A DNA stretch of 58,864 nucleotides, filler included. It is 5 parts of 5 records of this genome, joined end to end, with 100 filler letters (N's around TTAATTAATTAA, not from the genome) between each part and the next. Parts side by side here need not be neighbours in the genome. Positions count along the whole stretch, not along the records: positions 7,289 to 30,665 come from SRR2962707_1439; 4 more parts are not named here. One strand, given 5' to 3'. Positions 10,738-19,897 of this stretch are shown here, one piece after another. Position 1 is the first letter of the stretch. Each line of letters starts with the position of its first letter. The translations under genes and the position numbers were made by a program. The notes under the pieces are model-generated. The model was not told where the DNA came from. It saw only the letters and a list, made by a program, of their open reading frames with translations, and did not search any database.

Positions 10738-11784
10738 CTATTCGGCCTTGAGCTGATCAACAATACCACTGATGCGATCGCGCTTGGCGCTGAGATGAGC
10801 CAGGGCCGCGTCACGGGCCTGGAAGTTCGGGATGAAGAAAGCCGCGGCCTGCTTCTGCTGGATCGAGCCTTCCGCATAGATTTCAGCCAGAGCGGCGTCG
10901 ATGGTGTCCATCAGGGCCGGATCCATGTCCTTGTTGTAGAGCAGGAAGAACTCCTTATCGAAGGCGAAGTCCTCGCTGCCATCGAGCGTCACGCTGGTGG
11001 CCGGGCTGGCGAACTGCATGAAGTCGTCGCGCGTCGTGTCGCCCATACCGGCCTCGGGGGCCTGCTCAAGCGTCGCGGGGCGTGCGGTGATCCAGACAAA
11101 GCGCATGGCCTTGGCATCGTCAGCGGGCAATTGGGTGAACTGCTCATTGGCCTGGATCGAGCCATTAATCACATCGGCCAGCCCATCCCACATGGCCTGG
11201 TTCTTGTCGGCCTGTGAGCCAGTATTGACTGCTACGACATTGGCTTCTGAGCCCGGGGCGTTGACCCGGGCGGCGTTCTGCATCGCGGTGAAGCCGATTT
11301 CCGAGACACCGCCGGGCTGAATGGCAACGCGTACGGCCGTGCCCGCTTCAGCCGCTGCCAGAATGTCTTCCATGGTCTGGTAGGGCGAACTGGCCGGCAC
11401 GAGGAAGGCATTGCCGGGATTGATTGCGACGGTCGGCCCAATCACGTAATTGGCGAATGGATCATCATTACCCGGGACGCCATAGACGTGGGACAGATAG
11501 ATCTGGTCGTGGTGCAGCATGATGGTTGTGCCACGGCTATCGCGGTCAAGGGCCTTGAGCCCTTCACTGGTGCCCACCGGATCAACCTTGATGTTGACGC
11601 CCAGCTGTTCAGCCAGCGCTTCGGCCACAATTGCCGAGTTCTGATAGGTGTCGCCGCCCGTTGAGGTGGAGCCAATGACCATGCGGATATTGCGAGGCAA
11701 GTCCTGGGCCGAAGCGGTTAGCGGTGAAGCGGCCAGCGCCACGGTGCCCAAGGCCGCCAGAATTGTTCTGCGGTTCAGTGTCAT
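10738..11784 (-). CDS. TTT-associated periplasmic substrate-binding protein (divergent TctC/Bug-like)
   Basis: GGGAGG RBS before the ATG at 11784; signal peptide MTLNRRTILAALG..ASA; IRMVIGSTSTGGDT resembles the Bug-family N-terminal loop; first gene of the tct operon. Confidence 0.8.
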   Translation of the reverse strand: MTLNRRTILAALGTVALAASPLTASAQDLPRNIRMVIGSTSTGGDTYQNSAIVAEALAEQLGVNIKVDPVGTSEGLKALDRDSRGTTIMLHHDQIYLSHVYGVPGNDDPFANYVIGPTVAINPGNAFLVPASSPYQTMEDILAAAEAGTAVRVAIQPGGVSEIGFTAMQNAARVNAPGSEANVVAVNTGSQADKNQAMWDGLADVINGSIQANEQFTQLPADDAKAMRFVWITARPATLEQAPEAGMGDTTRDDFMQFASPATSVTLDGSEDFAFDKEFFLLYNKDMDPALMDTIDAALAEIYAEGSIQQKQAAAFFIPNFQARDAALAHLSAKRDRISGIVDQLKAE

Positions 11785-11866
11785 AGTGTCCTCCCATTGC
11801 CGCTTAGCGGCGTTCGCGAAAGTGGCGGACCTTCTCCCCGTCCGGCCACATCGATCCACATACGTA

Positions 11867-11882
11867 ATGTATGCGCATTCAT
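11867..11882. promoter_or_regulatory. Candidate LacI-type operator 1 (ATGTATGCGCATTCAT)
   Basis: Imperfect palindrome centred on GCGC, downstream of a minus-strand TTGACA at 11908-11913. Confidence 0.55.
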
Positions 11883-11973
11883 TCTGATGCATCATTCTTC
11901 CGGCCCTTGTCAACCGCACAACATGCGATTGGAACGTAATGCTCAAACTCACTCGCGAACGTGTTGACACCAT

Positions 11974-11995
11974 CAGATGCATGCGCATACATCTG
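11974..11995. promoter_or_regulatory. Candidate LacI-type operator 2 (CAGATGCATGCGCATACATCTG)
   Basis: 22-bp palindrome with one mismatch, immediately 3' of TTGACA (11964-11969); same core as operator 1. Confidence 0.6.
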
Positions 11996-12018
11996 CGGCA
12001 TTGAATTGGAGGAACGTC

Positions 12019-13761
12019 ATGACCGAAGGTACCCGCAAAGACGCGGCATCGCTGCGCTCAGCGCGCTGGCTCGCGCCCGACGACCTGCGCAGCTTTGGAC
12101 ACCGTTCACGCTTGATGCAGCTGGGGTTTTCCGAGGAAGATTTTGCCGGAAAGCCGGTGATCGGCATTCTCAACACCTGGTCCGAGCTCAATTCCTGCCA
12201 CAGCCACTTTCCGCAGCGGGTCGTGGACGTCAAGCGCGGCATTGCGCAGGCCGGTGGCTTTGCCGTGGAACTGCCTACCCTGTCGGTCGATGAGAGCTTC
12301 ACCAAACCCACCTCCATGCTTTACCGCAATCTGCTGGCCATGGAGACCGAGGAAATGATCCGCTCGCACCCGCTGGACGGTGTGGTGCTGATGGGTGGTT
12401 GTGACAAGACCACCCCGGGATTGGTGATGGGTGCAATCACCGCTGGCGTGCCCATGATCTATCTGCCAGCGGGCCCGATGCTGCGCGGGCATTATGCCGG
12501 CACTGTTCTGGGCTCGGGCTCAGACGCGTGGAAATACTGGGACGAGCGTCGTGCCGGCAATGTCAGCGACGAGCAGTGGCGTGGCCTGCAGGGCGGCATC
12601 GCTCGTTCAGCGGGCGTTTGCATGACGATGGGCACAGCCTCGACGATGACGGCGATTACCGACGCGATGGGGATCACGCTGCCCGGTGCCTCGTCGATTC
12701 CCGCGGTGGATTCGGCCCATTCGCGCATGTCGGCAAGTTGCGGTCGCCGGATCGTTGACATGGTCTGGGAAGATCTGACCCCGGACAAGATTGTCACCAA
12801 CGCCGCCCTGCGCAATGCCGCCATCGTCGCCATGGCTACAGGGTGCTCCACCAATGCGGTGGTGCATCTGATTGCGATGGCGCGCCGCGCTGGTGTTGCT
12901 CTGGGTCTGGACGATCTTGACGCGCTGGGCCGGGTGACACCGCTACTGGCCAATGTCCGTCCATCGGGCAAGGACTATCTGATGGAGGACTTCTACTTCG
13001 CCGGTGGGCTGCTGGCCTTGATGAAGCAGATCCAGGATCGGCTCGACACCGCGTGTCTGACAGTGAACGGCAAGACGCTGGGCGAAAATCTCGAAGGCGC
13101 CGAGGTCTATAATGACGACGTCATTCGTCCGCTCTCCAACCCCGTATATCACGAAGGCTCGCTGGCGGTGCTGCGCGGCAATCTGTGCCCCGATGGCGCG
13201 GTGATCAAACCCGCCGCATGCGACCCGAAATACTACCAGCACGAGGGCCCCGCGCTGGTCTTTGACAGCTATCCGGAGATGAAGAAGGCGGTGGATGACG
13301 AAACGCTCGACATCACCCCAGACCACGTCATGGTGTTGCGCAATGCCGGGCCACAGGGGGGGCCGGGAATGCCCGAATGGGGCATGCTGCCAATCCCCAA
13401 GGCCCTGATCAAAAAGGGTTTCCGCGATATGTTGCGGATATCGGATGCGCGTATGTCGGGCACCTCCTACGGCGCTTGCGTGCTGCATGTGGCACCGGAA
13501 TCCTTTGTTGGGGGCCCGCTCGCACTGCTCAAGACGGGCGACATGATCCGTCTGGATCTGGCCAATCGACGGCTGGATATGCTGGTGGCCGAGGATGAAC
13601 TTGAGCGCCGCCGCGCCGCTTGGACGCCACCCGCGCCGCTGTTTGAACGGGGTTGGGGCTGGATGTACTCCAAGCATGTCACGCAGGCCGACAAGGGCTG
13701 TGACTTCGATTTTCTTGAACGCGATTTCGGCGCTGCTGCCGGCGAACCCGACATTTACTAG
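12019..13761 (+). CDS. IlvD/Edd-family sugar-acid dehydratase (L-arabinonate dehydratase-like)
   Basis: KPVIGILNTWSELNSCH, GGCDKTTPG, CMTMGTASTM, GCSTNAVVHL, GPQGGPGMPE and SDARMSGT; GGAGG RBS. Confidence 0.92.
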   Translation: MTEGTRKDAASLRSARWLAPDDLRSFGHRSRLMQLGFSEEDFAGKPVIGILNTWSELNSCHSHFPQRVVDVKRGIAQAGGFAVELPTLSVDESFTKPTSMLYRNLLAMETEEMIRSHPLDGVVLMGGCDKTTPGLVMGAITAGVPMIYLPAGPMLRGHYAGTVLGSGSDAWKYWDERRAGNVSDEQWRGLQGGIARSAGVCMTMGTASTMTAITDAMGITLPGASSIPAVDSAHSRMSASCGRRIVDMVWEDLTPDKIVTNAALRNAAIVAMATGCSTNAVVHLIAMARRAGVALGLDDLDALGRVTPLLANVRPSGKDYLMEDFYFAGGLLALMKQIQDRLDTACLTVNGKTLGENLEGAEVYNDDVIRPLSNPVYHEGSLAVLRGNLCPDGAVIKPAACDPKYYQHEGPALVFDSYPEMKKAVDDETLDITPDHVMVLRNAGPQGGPGMPEWGMLPIPKALIKKGFRDMLRISDARMSGTSYGACVLHVAPESFVGGPLALLKTGDMIRLDLANRRLDMLVAEDELERRRAAWTPPAPLFERGWGWMYSKHVTQADKGCDFDFLERDFGAAAGEPDIY

Positions 13762-13776
13762 AACAAGGCCCGTATC

Positions 13777-14676
13777 ATGACGTTGACTCTCGACCAGGCC
13801 CTGACCGGCATTTCCGGCATTCTCGTCACCCCCTATGACGCCGCCGGTGAGGTGGCCCCTGCCCGGCTGGCCCCAATTGTTGATCGTGCGCTGGACGCAG
13901 GCCTGCATATGCCGGTGGTCAACGGCAATACGGGCGAGTTCTATGCCCTGACTACCGAAGAAGCCTCGGTCATGGTGCGCGAAGTTGCTGAGTTGGTTGA
14001 CGGGCGGGCGCCGCTGCTGGCAGGGATCGGACGCGGCATTCGGGATGCCATGGCGCTGGCAAAAGTGTCCGCACAGGCGGGCGCAGCAGCTCTGATGGTG
14101 CACCAGCCACCGGATCCCTTTGTCGCGCCCCGCGGTACCGTGGATTATCTCAAGGCGATCGCCGACGCGTCGGGTGGCCTGCCGATGATGCTCTATCTGC
14201 GCAACGACGCCATAGGGACCAAGGCGATCACCGAGCTTTGCGCCATACCGGGCGTCAAAGGCGTCAAATGGGCCACCCCAAATCCGCTCAAACTGGCCGA
14301 GGCCAAGGCAGCGTGCGACCCCTCGATCGTCTGGGTTGGCGGACTTGCCGAGGTTTGGGCACCAGCGCTGTACGCTGTTGGTGCACGCGGCTTTACCTCT
14401 GGACTGATCAATGTCTGGCCTGAGCGCTCTCTCGCCATTCATGCTGCGCTTGAGGCCGGGGATTACGGACTGGCCAATGAACTGATCGCTGGCATGAAAG
14501 CCTTTGAGGATATTCGCGCGCAGGAAATGAACGGCACCAATGTGACCGGGGTCAAGGCAGCTCTGTTGGCACTGGGACGCGACTGCGGACCAACACGCCC
14601 ACCCTCGGCCTGGCCGCTAACCAATGCGCAGCAAACCCAGCTCGACGCCTTTATTGCCCAGAACAAGCTGACCTAA
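13777..14676 (+). CDS. DHDPS/class I aldolase-family protein (keto-deoxy sugar-acid dehydratase or aldolase)
   Basis: GILVTPY, GNTGEF, MLYLRN and Schiff-base GVKW motifs. Confidence 0.88.
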   Translation: MTLTLDQALTGISGILVTPYDAAGEVAPARLAPIVDRALDAGLHMPVVNGNTGEFYALTTEEASVMVREVAELVDGRAPLLAGIGRGIRDAMALAKVSAQAGAAALMVHQPPDPFVAPRGTVDYLKAIADASGGLPMMLYLRNDAIGTKAITELCAIPGVKGVKWATPNPLKLAEAKAACDPSIVWVGGLAEVWAPALYAVGARGFTSGLINVWPERSLAIHAALEAGDYGLANELIAGMKAFEDIRAQEMNGTNVTGVKAALLALGRDCGPTRPPSAWPLTNAQQTQLDAFIAQNKLT

Positions 14677-14689
14677 GGATACCTGCAAG

Positions 14690-15400
14690 ATGGATGAGAC
14701 ACTGCGCGACAAGCTCGCGACCATATCCGTGGCGACGCTGGCCACAGCCCTGTACAAGCGCGGCCTGCGCAACCAGGTCATTCAGGACGTGCACCCTGTG
14801 CAGCGCAAGCGGCGCAATATGGTCGGCCCTGCCTATACGCTGCGCTATATTCCGGCCCGCGAAGATCGCAATCAGTTGGTCGAGTTCCGCAATCCCGAGC
14901 ATCCGCAGCGTGTCGCCGTCGAGACCTGTCCCGCCGGCCATGTGCTGGTGATGGACAGCCGCAAGGATCCCCGCGCTGCCTCGGCCGGCGATATCCTGGT
15001 CACGCGCATGATGGTGCGCGGCGTTGCCGGGGTGGTCACCGATGGCGGTTTCCGCGATGCGGCGATTATTGGTGAGCTGGACATCGCGGCCTATCACAAT
15101 CGCCCATCGAGTCCGACAAACCTCACGCTGCATGAAGCGCTGGACCTCAATATCCCCATCGGATGCGGCGACGTTGCTGTGTTTCCCGGCGATATCATCG
15201 TCGGCGACGACGATTCCGTGATCGTCATCCCCCAGGCCATTGCCGAGGAAGTCGCTGATGAGGCTGTCGAGATGACTGCCTACGAGGATTTTGTCGTCGA
15301 AAAGGTCAAGGATGGTACGTCGATCATTGGTCTCTATCCCCGGACGCAGGAACATTTCGCGGAAGAGTTCGCCATCTGGCGCAAGCGCGAGAAGCGCTGA
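14690..15400 (+). CDS. RraA-like/HMG-CHA aldolase family protein
   Basis: MVGPAYTLRY, GDIL, GVVTDGGFRD and VFPGDIIVGDDDSVIVIP. Confidence 0.88.
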   Translation: MDETLRDKLATISVATLATALYKRGLRNQVIQDVHPVQRKRRNMVGPAYTLRYIPAREDRNQLVEFRNPEHPQRVAVETCPAGHVLVMDSRKDPRAASAGDILVTRMMVRGVAGVVTDGGFRDAAIIGELDIAAYHNRPSSPTNLTLHEALDLNIPIGCGDVAVFPGDIIVGDDDSVIVIPQAIAEEVADEAVEMTAYEDFVVEKVKDGTSIIGLYPRTQEHFAEEFAIWRKREKR

Positions 15401-15463
15401 GGCGTAGCGACATCGGGGTCGCCCCCCGGTCAGCTGCATATGCAGAAGCGACGTCTGCTTTTT

Positions 15464-16444
15464 CTATATTGATGCGGATTCACGGCTCGCTGGCGCGAAG
15501 GCGCCAAGGCCCTGGGTCGCGAAGCCATCGGCGCTGGCGGTTATCAATATAGCGTCCAAGCCATTGGCGGCGCAGAGCCGTGGAGCATCGGTCTCGCCGG
15601 CTACCATCAGGGCCGTGGCCCAGGCATCGGCGAGGACGCAATCGGGGGCACGAACGGTAACCGACAGCAAACCGTTTTCGACTGGCTGTCCTTTGCCTGG
15701 ATCCATGGTGTGACTGAGCCAGCGCCCCGCCACGAGGCGACGATGCCGGTAATTGCCCGAGGTGGCCAGCGATCCATTGTGCAGCAATATGCGGGAGACG
15801 ATCTCCCGTTTATCGGCCACCGGGGCCTCCAACGCGATGGACCAGGGTTGCCCATCGCCGCGATAACCGCCGGCCTGCAGTTCACCATCTATCGAAACCA
15901 GATAGTTGGCTACGCCATGGTCTTCCATGCACCGCGCCATCAGATCCACCGCAAAGCCCTTGGCGATGCCGGAAAGATCAAAGCTGACCGGCGCGAGGCG
16001 CCTGGCGCGCAGGCCTCGCATGTCGAGTTCGAGCTGCGATTTGAAGCGCGGGTTGCCAATTCTGGTTTGGTCGCCCGTCTCCCTCGAGGGACCGAAGCCC
16101 CAGGCATTGGTAGCGTCCAGCACGGCCATATCGAAGCGTCCGGCTGATTGCTGGCGTACGCCCTCACCAAGCGCCAGAACATTGGCCAGAGCGTCAGGGA
16201 TCGCATGCCAGTGTCCGACAGGCGCAGCGTTGAGGCGCATCAGATCGGAGCGTGGTTTCCAGGTCGACATCTGGGTATCAACAAGATCACAGGCTGCAGC
16301 CAGGGCTGCCTGCAGCGCTGCCGGTTCTATGCCATTAGGTGGATAGGCGATGGCAGACCACCGCGTTCCCATAGCTGGCCCGTTCAGCGCCACTCGGGGT
16401 TGCGTTGCAGTAGCCGCATTCATGCTAATAGACATCTTCGGCAT
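15464..16444 (-). CDS. apbE: FAD:protein FMN transferase ApbE
   Basis: AMGT, DLSGIAKGFAVD, SLATSGNYR, SHTMDP and ADAWATAL. Probable start MPKMS at 16444, overlapping the upstream gene end. Confidence 0.93.
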   Translation of the reverse strand: MPKMSISMNAATATQPRVALNGPAMGTRWSAIAYPPNGIEPAALQAALAAACDLVDTQMSTWKPRSDLMRLNAAPVGHWHAIPDALANVLALGEGVRQQSAGRFDMAVLDATNAWGFGPSRETGDQTRIGNPRFKSQLELDMRGLRARRLAPVSFDLSGIAKGFAVDLMARCMEDHGVANYLVSIDGELQAGGYRGDGQPWSIALEAPVADKREIVSRILLHNGSLATSGNYRHRRLVAGRWLSHTMDPGKGQPVENGLLSVTVRAPDCVLADAWATALMVAGETDAPRLCAANGLDAILITASADGFATQGLGAFAPASRESASI

Positions 16445-18617
16445 ATCGACCCGCACTTTGCAGACGCTCCACGCTTAGGTCGAGGGGCGCGAGCACATTG
16501 TCGAGCGAGGCACGTACGCCGTCCCCCATGGCTGCGCTGCCACACACCATGAAGCGTGCGCCTTGCCGCACCAGACTACGCAACTGCTCGGCCTCATCCA
16601 GCAGGCGATGCTGGACGTATCGCCCGCCCATCACGCGGGAGAATACCGCAAATAGACGAGTCAGACGGCCGGCTTCCAATTGCGCTTGCAGTTCCTCGCG
16701 ATAGAGGAAATCAGAGGACGGGTCGCGCCCGCCAGAGAACAGATAAACCGGCCGGTGGCGACTATTTGCTCTAACGAAACCAACTAGCGGCGCCACGCCG
16801 GCACCTGCACCGATCAGGATCAATGGTTGGCGTCCGGTATCCGGGCGGAAATCCGGATTTGGGCGGACAAACGCCTCAACACTATCGCCGGGGCGCAATC
16901 CAAACAGGTAGTCTGAGCACACCCCGCCCTGCAGCTTGCGCACGCAGATTTCCAGAATGCCATCGGCAGAGCGCGAGGCGATGGAATAATAGCGCGGAAT
17001 CGGGTCCGTGGGCGGCATGATCCCGGCCAGATCGCCAGCGAAAAAGCCATCCAGTCCAAGGCGGCTTTTGAGGGCCTGCGTCCAACTCGGCGCCACAGGA
17101 ATCGCGAAGCGCAGCAAGACCGTGGGGGCCTGAACCTCAATGCCGTAGTCGTGCCGTTCGATCAGTTTGTAGGACTGGGTTTTCGGTTGGGTCGGCTGAT
17201 GCAGCAACTCCAGCGTCTCCCCCATGGCGGCGCCCAGTCTGCGACCCCATTGGCCAAAGGCCTGGGCAGACTGGCGGTCAATGGGTTCAAAGCCAGTGAT
17301 CGGCTTGAGCCCGTGCGCCGCCATGGCTTGCTCCACCGTCTCGGCATAGGCGCAAAAGTGCCTGAACTTTCGATCACCAAAGCCCAATACGGCGTAGTCG
17401 ATACCGGTGCCTTGGAAACGGGCGAGCCGCTCAATGAACCGATTGGCATTGGCCGGGGCTGTGCCATTGCCATAAGTGGCGGCAAGCACCAGTACCCGGC
17501 TAGCGCTGGGATAGGACGCGCGCAGGCCGTTCATGGGCGCCACATGCACGGCATGCACGTTCTTTACCAGCGCTGTCCGCAGGGTGGCGGCAAATGACCA
17601 GGTGGTATTGCTCTCGCTGCCCACCAGGATCACCGTGTCGGCCTCGCGCCATCCAGCGTCGCCGGGCATGCGTGGCATGCTGGTGCGGCGGCGCAGCCGG
17701 ATCAGCGTGCCTGTGATCATCAGTACCGGCACGGCCAGGCTGGCTAGGCCAAGCAGCACACCGAGCCACCAATACCCCTGCCCCGTGTGCAGCGTATAGA
17801 TTGCCTCGTAAAGCGTCTGCATCGGTGCATTGGGGGTGAAGTCTAGCAGTGCGCCGCTGGCCTGATCCACGTAACCCGTGCCAGCGCTGGTGGTCACTGT
17901 GAACACATCCTGGGGGTCATCTGCCATTGGCAAAACTATCGAGCGCAGGTCGCTGATCGGTACATCCTGCAAAGCGGAAAGGCTGGCAATTGGGGCTGGC
18001 ATCTCGCCGCTGCCGTACGGCGGAAATCCGAAGCCTTGCCCGCCGTCGCTGACTATGCCGAACGTGACCAATGTCATGTAGACGCCAGTCATTGCCGATA
18101 GTAGCAGACAGATGACGGCCAGGCGCGCCAGCTCGACGTGTAAACGCTGCGACAGCGTGCCGCGAGCGGTTGCGAAGAGTTGCTTCCAGCCACCCATGCG
18201 GTTGATCAGCAGCGCTGTGCCGCTGGTAGCCAGAATGACCATGGCGACCGCAGCCACACCGGCAACCACACGACCGCCATCGCCCAGAAACAGCGAACGA
18301 TGCAGCTCTGTGAAGAAAGTGAAAAGTGCCGAGTGCTCGACCGGGCCCAGACTTGCACCGGTAACGGGATCGATACCAATGCCAAGATTGGCTACATAGG
18401 CTGTCACTGCACCCGACGCTGAGCGAACGACGCTCTCGGTCTGGGGTTGTTGCGCCAATACACGATCAACGAGCGTGGCAACACTCATCTCGCTTCCCGC
18501 CGGCGCGAAGACCCGCTCGACCAGAGGCTGCAGCGACAGGACTGCACCCGTGATGGCCATGAAACTGACCACCAGTGCGGCGAGCAGCCCGGGAATGGAG
18601 TGGAGACAGCGGAGCAT
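16425..18617 (-). CDS. PepSY-TM membrane protein fused to flavodoxin and FAD/NAD(P)-binding reductase domains
   Basis: TM helices with LH motifs (LHSIPGL, ELHRSL, RLHVEL, TLHTG), flavodoxin GSESNTTW/ATYGNG, RYYSIAS, GVCS and GAGAGVAP. Confidence 0.9.
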   Translation of the reverse strand: MLRCLHSIPGLLAALVVSFMAITGAVLSLQPLVERVFAPAGSEMSVATLVDRVLAQQPQTESVVRSASGAVTAYVANLGIGIDPVTGASLGPVEHSALFTFFTELHRSLFLGDGGRVVAGVAAVAMVILATSGTALLINRMGGWKQLFATARGTLSQRLHVELARLAVICLLLSAMTGVYMTLVTFGIVSDGGQGFGFPPYGSGEMPAPIASLSALQDVPISDLRSIVLPMADDPQDVFTVTTSAGTGYVDQASGALLDFTPNAPMQTLYEAIYTLHTGQGYWWLGVLLGLASLAVPVLMITGTLIRLRRRTSMPRMPGDAGWREADTVILVGSESNTTWSFAATLRTALVKNVHAVHVAPMNGLRASYPSASRVLVLAATYGNGTAPANANRFIERLARFQGTGIDYAVLGFGDRKFRHFCAYAETVEQAMAAHGLKPITGFEPIDRQSAQAFGQWGRRLGAAMGETLELLHQPTQPKTQSYKLIERHDYGIEVQAPTVLLRFAIPVAPSWTQALKSRLGLDGFFAGDLAGIMPPTDPIPRYYSIASRSADGILEICVRKLQGGVCSDYLFGLRPGDSVEAFVRPNPDFRPDTGRQPLILIGAGAGVAPLVGFVRANSRHRPVYLFSGGRDPSSDFLYREELQAQLEAGRLTRLFAVFSRVMGGRYVQHRLLDEAEQLRSLVRQGARFMVCGSAAMGDGVRASLDNVLAPLDLSVERLQSAGRYAEDVY

Positions 18618-18632
18618 GGCAAAAACCTCGCG

Positions 18633-19106
18633 CTACATGTTGACGCTTGCAGAGCCAATGAAGCCCTGGCCGGACTGGGCATTGCCGGACTGACCGCTAT
18701 CGAGGGCGAGCACCACATCGTCGGCGGCTGATCCCTGATGTTCCACCGCGCTGTCGATATGGATGGTGTACCCGGCGTCGATCAACGCATCGGCCAGGGA
18801 CAGATTGATGGAAAAGCTTTTGCCGCTGCCGATGCTGGCACCGGTGATGCCATCCAGGCTCAGTGTTGCGTCCCGCGCAGCGAGGCGCGCCCAACCGCTG
18901 AGATCACGATAGTATCTGGACTTGCGCCCGGCCACGTAGAGGGTGGAGTCATAGCTGCCATCGGGCTTGGCCAGATATACGGCCAAATAGGCCTCGGGCC
19001 CGCGATAACTGCTCATCTGTCCCTGAATGGTAACGTCGCGAGCATAGGCTGCCACAGGGGCGACGAGTGCGGTGCCGAGTAGGAGGATGGCGAGAAATTT
19101 CTTCAT
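18633..19106 (-). CDS. DUF2271 periplasmic protein, predicted flavinylation substrate
   Basis: Sec signal MKKFLAILLLGTALVAPVAAYA, AYLAVYL, the flavinylation-type motif DGITGAS, and SAVE; operon with PepSY and apbE. Confidence 0.85.
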   Translation of the reverse strand: MKKFLAILLLGTALVAPVAAYARDVTIQGQMSSYRGPEAYLAVYLAKPDGSYDSTLYVAGRKSRYYRDLSGWARLAARDATLSLDGITGASIGSGKSFSINLSLADALIDAGYTIHIDSAVEHQGSAADDVVLALDSGQSGNAQSGQGFIGSASVNM

Positions 19107-19152
19107 GGCATTGGCCTGTGTTGAGTGACTGCACACCAAATGCCATGCCAAG

Positions 19153-19201
19153 CTGACGCCAGACTGAAGCCATAGTCCGCCCGCGTTCAGCCCCGTGTAA
19201 G
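19153..19201. promoter_or_regulatory. Two oppositely oriented OmpR-type direct-repeat boxes
   Basis: TTCAG-N6-GTCAG on minus (19168-19153) and TTCAG-N6-GTAAG on plus (19186-19201), each with 11-bp periodicity, between divergent operons. Confidence 0.5.
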
Positions 19202-19240
19202 GTTTGGGGTATTGATGTGGCGATCAAGCTCGGGGCAGAC

Positions 19241-19897
19241 ATGCGCATATTGTTAGTTGAAGACGACCACGTGCTAGGTGCGGCCATTCGCGACCACCTG
19301 ACGTCTGGCGGTCACGGCGTGGACTGGGTGCAGCGGCTCGATGATGCGCAATCAGCTCTCGATACCGTCAACTATGAGTTGATGCTGCTCGATCTCAACC
19401 TGCCCGATGGGCGGGGGCTTGACCTGCTTCGGCGCTTGCGGCGCGGCGGCGACCAGTTGCCGGTCATCATCACCACGGCACAGGATCAGATCGCCGTGCG
19501 GATCGAGGGGCTTAATTCGGGGGCTGACGACTATCTGGTCAAGCCGTTCGACCTCAGTGAGATGATGGCACGCATTGCCGCTGTTGCTCGGCGCTACGGT
19601 GGACAGACTGCGACGCAACTGGTTCTGGGTGATGTTGAAATCGATCAGACACGGCGCGTGGTACTGGTGCGGGGAGAGAGTGTGGCCCTGAGCGCGCGCG
19701 AATGGGCGGTGCTGGAACGTTTGGTCAGTCGCCCTGGCGCCATTGTGAGCAAGGCAGAGATTGAGGAATCGCTGTATGCCTTCGGCGCCGAAATCGAAAG
19801 CAATGCCGTGGAAGTCTATATAAGCCGCCTGCGCAAGAAGCTCGGGCGTGATCTGGTTCAGACCATTCGTGGGCTGGGCTATCAGGTGTCGGTATGA
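19241..19897 (+). CDS. OmpR-family response regulator
   Basis: MRILLVEDD, LLDLNLPDG, GADDYLVKPF, VEVYISRLRKKL and TIRGLGY. Confidence 0.96.
   Translation: MRILLVEDDHVLGAAIRDHLTSGGHGVDWVQRLDDAQSALDTVNYELMLLDLNLPDGRGLDLLRRLRRGGDQLPVIITTAQDQIAVRIEGLNSGADDYLVKPFDLSEMMARIAAVARRYGGQTATQLVLGDVEIDQTRRVVLVRGESVALSAREWAVLERLVSRPGAIVSKAEIEESLYAFGAEIESNAVEVYISRLRKKLGRDLVQTIRGLGYQVSV

Noticed and set aside
12943..14442. 499-aa minus-strand ORF (also 7695-8603, 35271-36158, 31327-31995)
   Set aside because: Antisense shadows of well-supported high-GC genes, with no recognisable motifs.
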